Virus record (IMG/VR): IMGVR_UViG_3300020577_011395
Span: 1-64,000 of that record
DNA from: a virus
Taxonomy: Duplodnaviria > Caudoviricetes
DNA length: 64,000 nt
Reading direction: 5' to 3' (one strand)
Positions 61,967-64,000 of the stretch are shown here, piece by piece; position 1 is the first letter of the stretch; the number at the start of each line of letters is the position of its first letter. A model generated the notes under the pieces. That model ran no database searches and had not been told where the DNA came from. It saw nothing but the letters and a program-made list of their open reading frames with translations. The translations under genes were made by a program, and so were the position numbers.

Positions 61967-62787
61967 AAATATTAGTATTAGGAGCAAAAAGCTTTCTAGC
62001 GAAAGAGATTAAATCTTACTTTAAAGACGATAAACGTTTTTATTATTCTGATAGGTCTACGATTGATTTAGAAAATAGCGCGCAGGTTGATGATCTTTTT
62101 AATAAACATTATTTTGACTTTGTTATAAATACTTGTTCTGTAGGTGGGAAGCTAGGAATACAAGATAACTTTTCGGTATTATCGAAAAATTTATCAATGT
62201 TTAATAATTTATTAAAAAATAGGAATAAATACGGCTATTTGTTTAATTTTTGTTCCGGCGCAGCGTTTGATAGAAGCTATCCTATTAGTGAAGTAAAAGA
62301 AGATTACATTGTTTTTGCAAATCCAAAAGATTTTTATGGGTTATCAAAAAAAATTATAGCAAGTGAATCTTTAAAACACAATAATATATTTACTTTTAGA
62401 TTGTTTGGGTGTTTCGGAAAATTTGAAAGCGAAGGTCGTCTCTTAAAGAACATTATTCTAGCTCATAAAAATAATACAGAAATAAAAATTGTAGAAGGCA
62501 AAGTAATGGATTACATTTCTGCAACAGACGTTTGCAGAGTTTTAGAATATTATATAAATAATATTAGTTTGCCTCTTTATAAGGATATTAATTTAGTATA
62601 TAATGAAAAAATAACTTTAGAACAGTTTGCAGAAACTGCGCTACAAGAACTTTCATCTTACAAAAAGTATTCACTTATCGAAGGTAGTCGAAGCCCGTAC
62701 ACTGGTGACAGTAAAAGACTTTCTACTTTGCCAATTAAGTTAATTGGTCTAAGAGAATCTATAAAGGAAGTAATAAAAAATGGATAA
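61963..62787 (+). CDS. NAD-dependent epimerase/reductase
   Basis: Rossmann N-terminus; YGLSK motif. Confidence 0.8.
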   Translation: MKILVLGAKSFLAKEIKSYFKDDKRFYYSDRSTIDLENSAQVDDLFNKHYFDFVINTCSVGGKLGIQDNFSVLSKNLSMFNNLLKNRNKYGYLFNFCSGAAFDRSYPISEVKEDYIVFANPKDFYGLSKKIIASESLKHNNIFTFRLFGCFGKFESEGRLLKNIILAHKNNTEIKIVEGKVMDYISATDVCRVLEYYINNISLPLYKDINLVYNEKITLEQFAETALQELSSYKKYSLIEGSRSPYTGDSKRLSTLPIKLIGLRESIKEVIKNG

Positions 62788-64000
62788 AAAACAAGAAATA
62801 CTTAAACTAGTGTCAGAATATGTTCTCGAACAAGCAAATAAAAAATGGGACAAACAAAAAGACTGGGTCCAGTATTCTGGCCCAGTATTCGATGATAAAG
62901 AATATATGACTGCGATAGAAACATTATTAGGTGGGTGGCTAATAATGGGTGATAAATCCAGAGAATTTGAAAAAACATTTCCTAAGTTCTTAGGTAAGAA
63001 GCTAGGAGTTTTAACCAACTCTGGCAGTTCAGCGAACCTATTGATGGTTGCTGCAGCAAAATCAAAGAGAGCCTATAACCTTCCAGATGGCGCAAAGTTC
63101 ATAACTCCAATTGTATGTTTTCCAACAACTTTGAACCCAATAATTCAAAACAACTTAAAGCCAGTGTTTGTTGATGTTGAACTGCCAAGCCTAAACCTTA
63201 ACTTAGATCTAGTAGAAAAAAAGCTGCAAGAAGACCCAGAGATTAAGGGCATAATCTTTGCCCATGTTTTGGGAAATCCACCGAACATGGATCGTCTAAT
63301 GGCGCTAGTTGAAAAATATAAACTAATCTTTTTAGAAGATGCTTGTGATGCTCTTGGGTCTTTTTATGACGGTAAAAAACTTGGCTCTTATGGACATTTA
63401 TCAACATGTTCTTTCTTCCCAGCACATCATATGACAATGGGAGAAGGTGGATTCGTTGCTACAAACGACGGGCCAATAAAGATGGCAGCAGCTAGCTTTA
63501 GAGATTGGGGTCGTGCTTGCTATTGCAATGTATCACAACCAGGAAATGTTACCAGCAAAACTGCTTGCGGCAACCGCTTCAAGAACTGGCTTCCTGGCGC
63601 TCCAGATGCGATTTATGATCATAGGTATGTCTTTGACGAGATCGGATACAATTTAAAGCCCTTGGACCTGCAAGCGGCCATAGGATTAGAACAGTTAAAG
63701 AAGCTGCCAATGCTCGATCAAGCAAGAAGAGATAACTTTGATAAATTAACTAAAATCTTTTCTAAGTATGAACATTCTTTCATATTACCGAAAGCAACAG
63801 AAAAATCTGATCCTTGCTGGTTTGGTTTTTTATTAACAGTAAAAGATGAAGCAAAGTTTACTAAACAAGATATAGTAAATCATCTAGAATCCAACAGAAT
63901 TCAGACAAGATCTTATTTTAGTGGCAATATTCTTTACCATCCTGGATATCAGCATCTAAACGAGTTTGGAGCACAACTAGATAAAGAATTTCCAGTTGCT
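62780..64000 (+). CDS. rfbH: NDP-4-keto-6-deoxyglucose 3-dehydratase (RfbH/DdhC), truncated at window end, not in ORF track
   Basis: MDKKQEILK..., NSGSSANL, EDACDALGS, SFFPAHHMTMGEGG (His in place of the PLP Lys), RDWGRACYC. Confidence 0.88.
   Translation, partial: MDKKQEILKLVSEYVLEQANKKWDKQKDWVQYSGPVFDDKEYMTAIETLLGGWLIMGDKSREFEKTFPKFLGKKLGVLTNSGSSANLLMVAAAKSKRAYNLPDGAKFITPIVCFPTTLNPIIQNNLKPVFVDVELPSLNLNLDLVEKKLQEDPEIKGIIFAHVLGNPPNMDRLMALVEKYKLIFLEDACDALGSFYDGKKLGSYGHLSTCSFFPAHHMTMGEGGFVATNDGPIKMAAASFRDWGRACYCNVSQPGNVTSKTACGNRFKNWLPGAPDAIYDHRYVFDEIGYNLKPLDLQAAIGLEQLKKLPMLDQARRDNFDKLTKIFSKYEHSFILPKATEKSDPCWFGFLLTVKDEAKFTKQDIVNHLESNRIQTRSYFSGNILYHPGYQHLNEFGAQLDKEFPVA

Overview
The window is a fragment of a large, AT-rich dsDNA (jumbo/huge) phage genome. 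It appears to use the standard genetic code and is almost entirely + strand. Four zones are visible. (1) 0.1-23.4 kb and 31-32.7 kb: a long run of translationally coupled 55-80 aa ORFs, most of them paralogues with an N-terminal K-x-G-[DEKS]-[LI]-[YFW] motif, interspersed with sigma70-type promoters, a metallophosphoesterase, a GP88-like protein and homing endonucleases. (2) 23.4-31 kb: a GC-rich island with many TTGAC promoter-like sites on both strands, about 23 AGCCGCC/GGCGGCT motifs, duplicated regulatory modules and small genes, two of them closed by long stems. (3) 32.7-51.3 kb: HNH, DnaQ-like exonuclease, GH19 endolysin, ClpP and SpoU genes, putative head-packaged proteins, and an array of about 30 tRNAs containing HNH genes, tRNA-like elements and candidate structured ncRNAs. 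(4) 51.4-64 kb: PIN-PhoH, a PD-(D/E)XK nuclease and a glycan biosynthesis operon (gmd, five glycosyltransferase-like genes, a TPP alpha/beta pair, an epimerase and a truncated rfbH/ddhC). The strongest leads are: HNH genes that sit in broken tRNA genes next to an intact replacement isoacceptor; a coiled-coil (DIP1984/DUF6847-like) gene followed by a stem-closed RNA with heptamer periodicity; the paralogue array with homopolymer frameshifts; and the promoter/motif island. All family assignments come from motif recognition by eye, not database searches.
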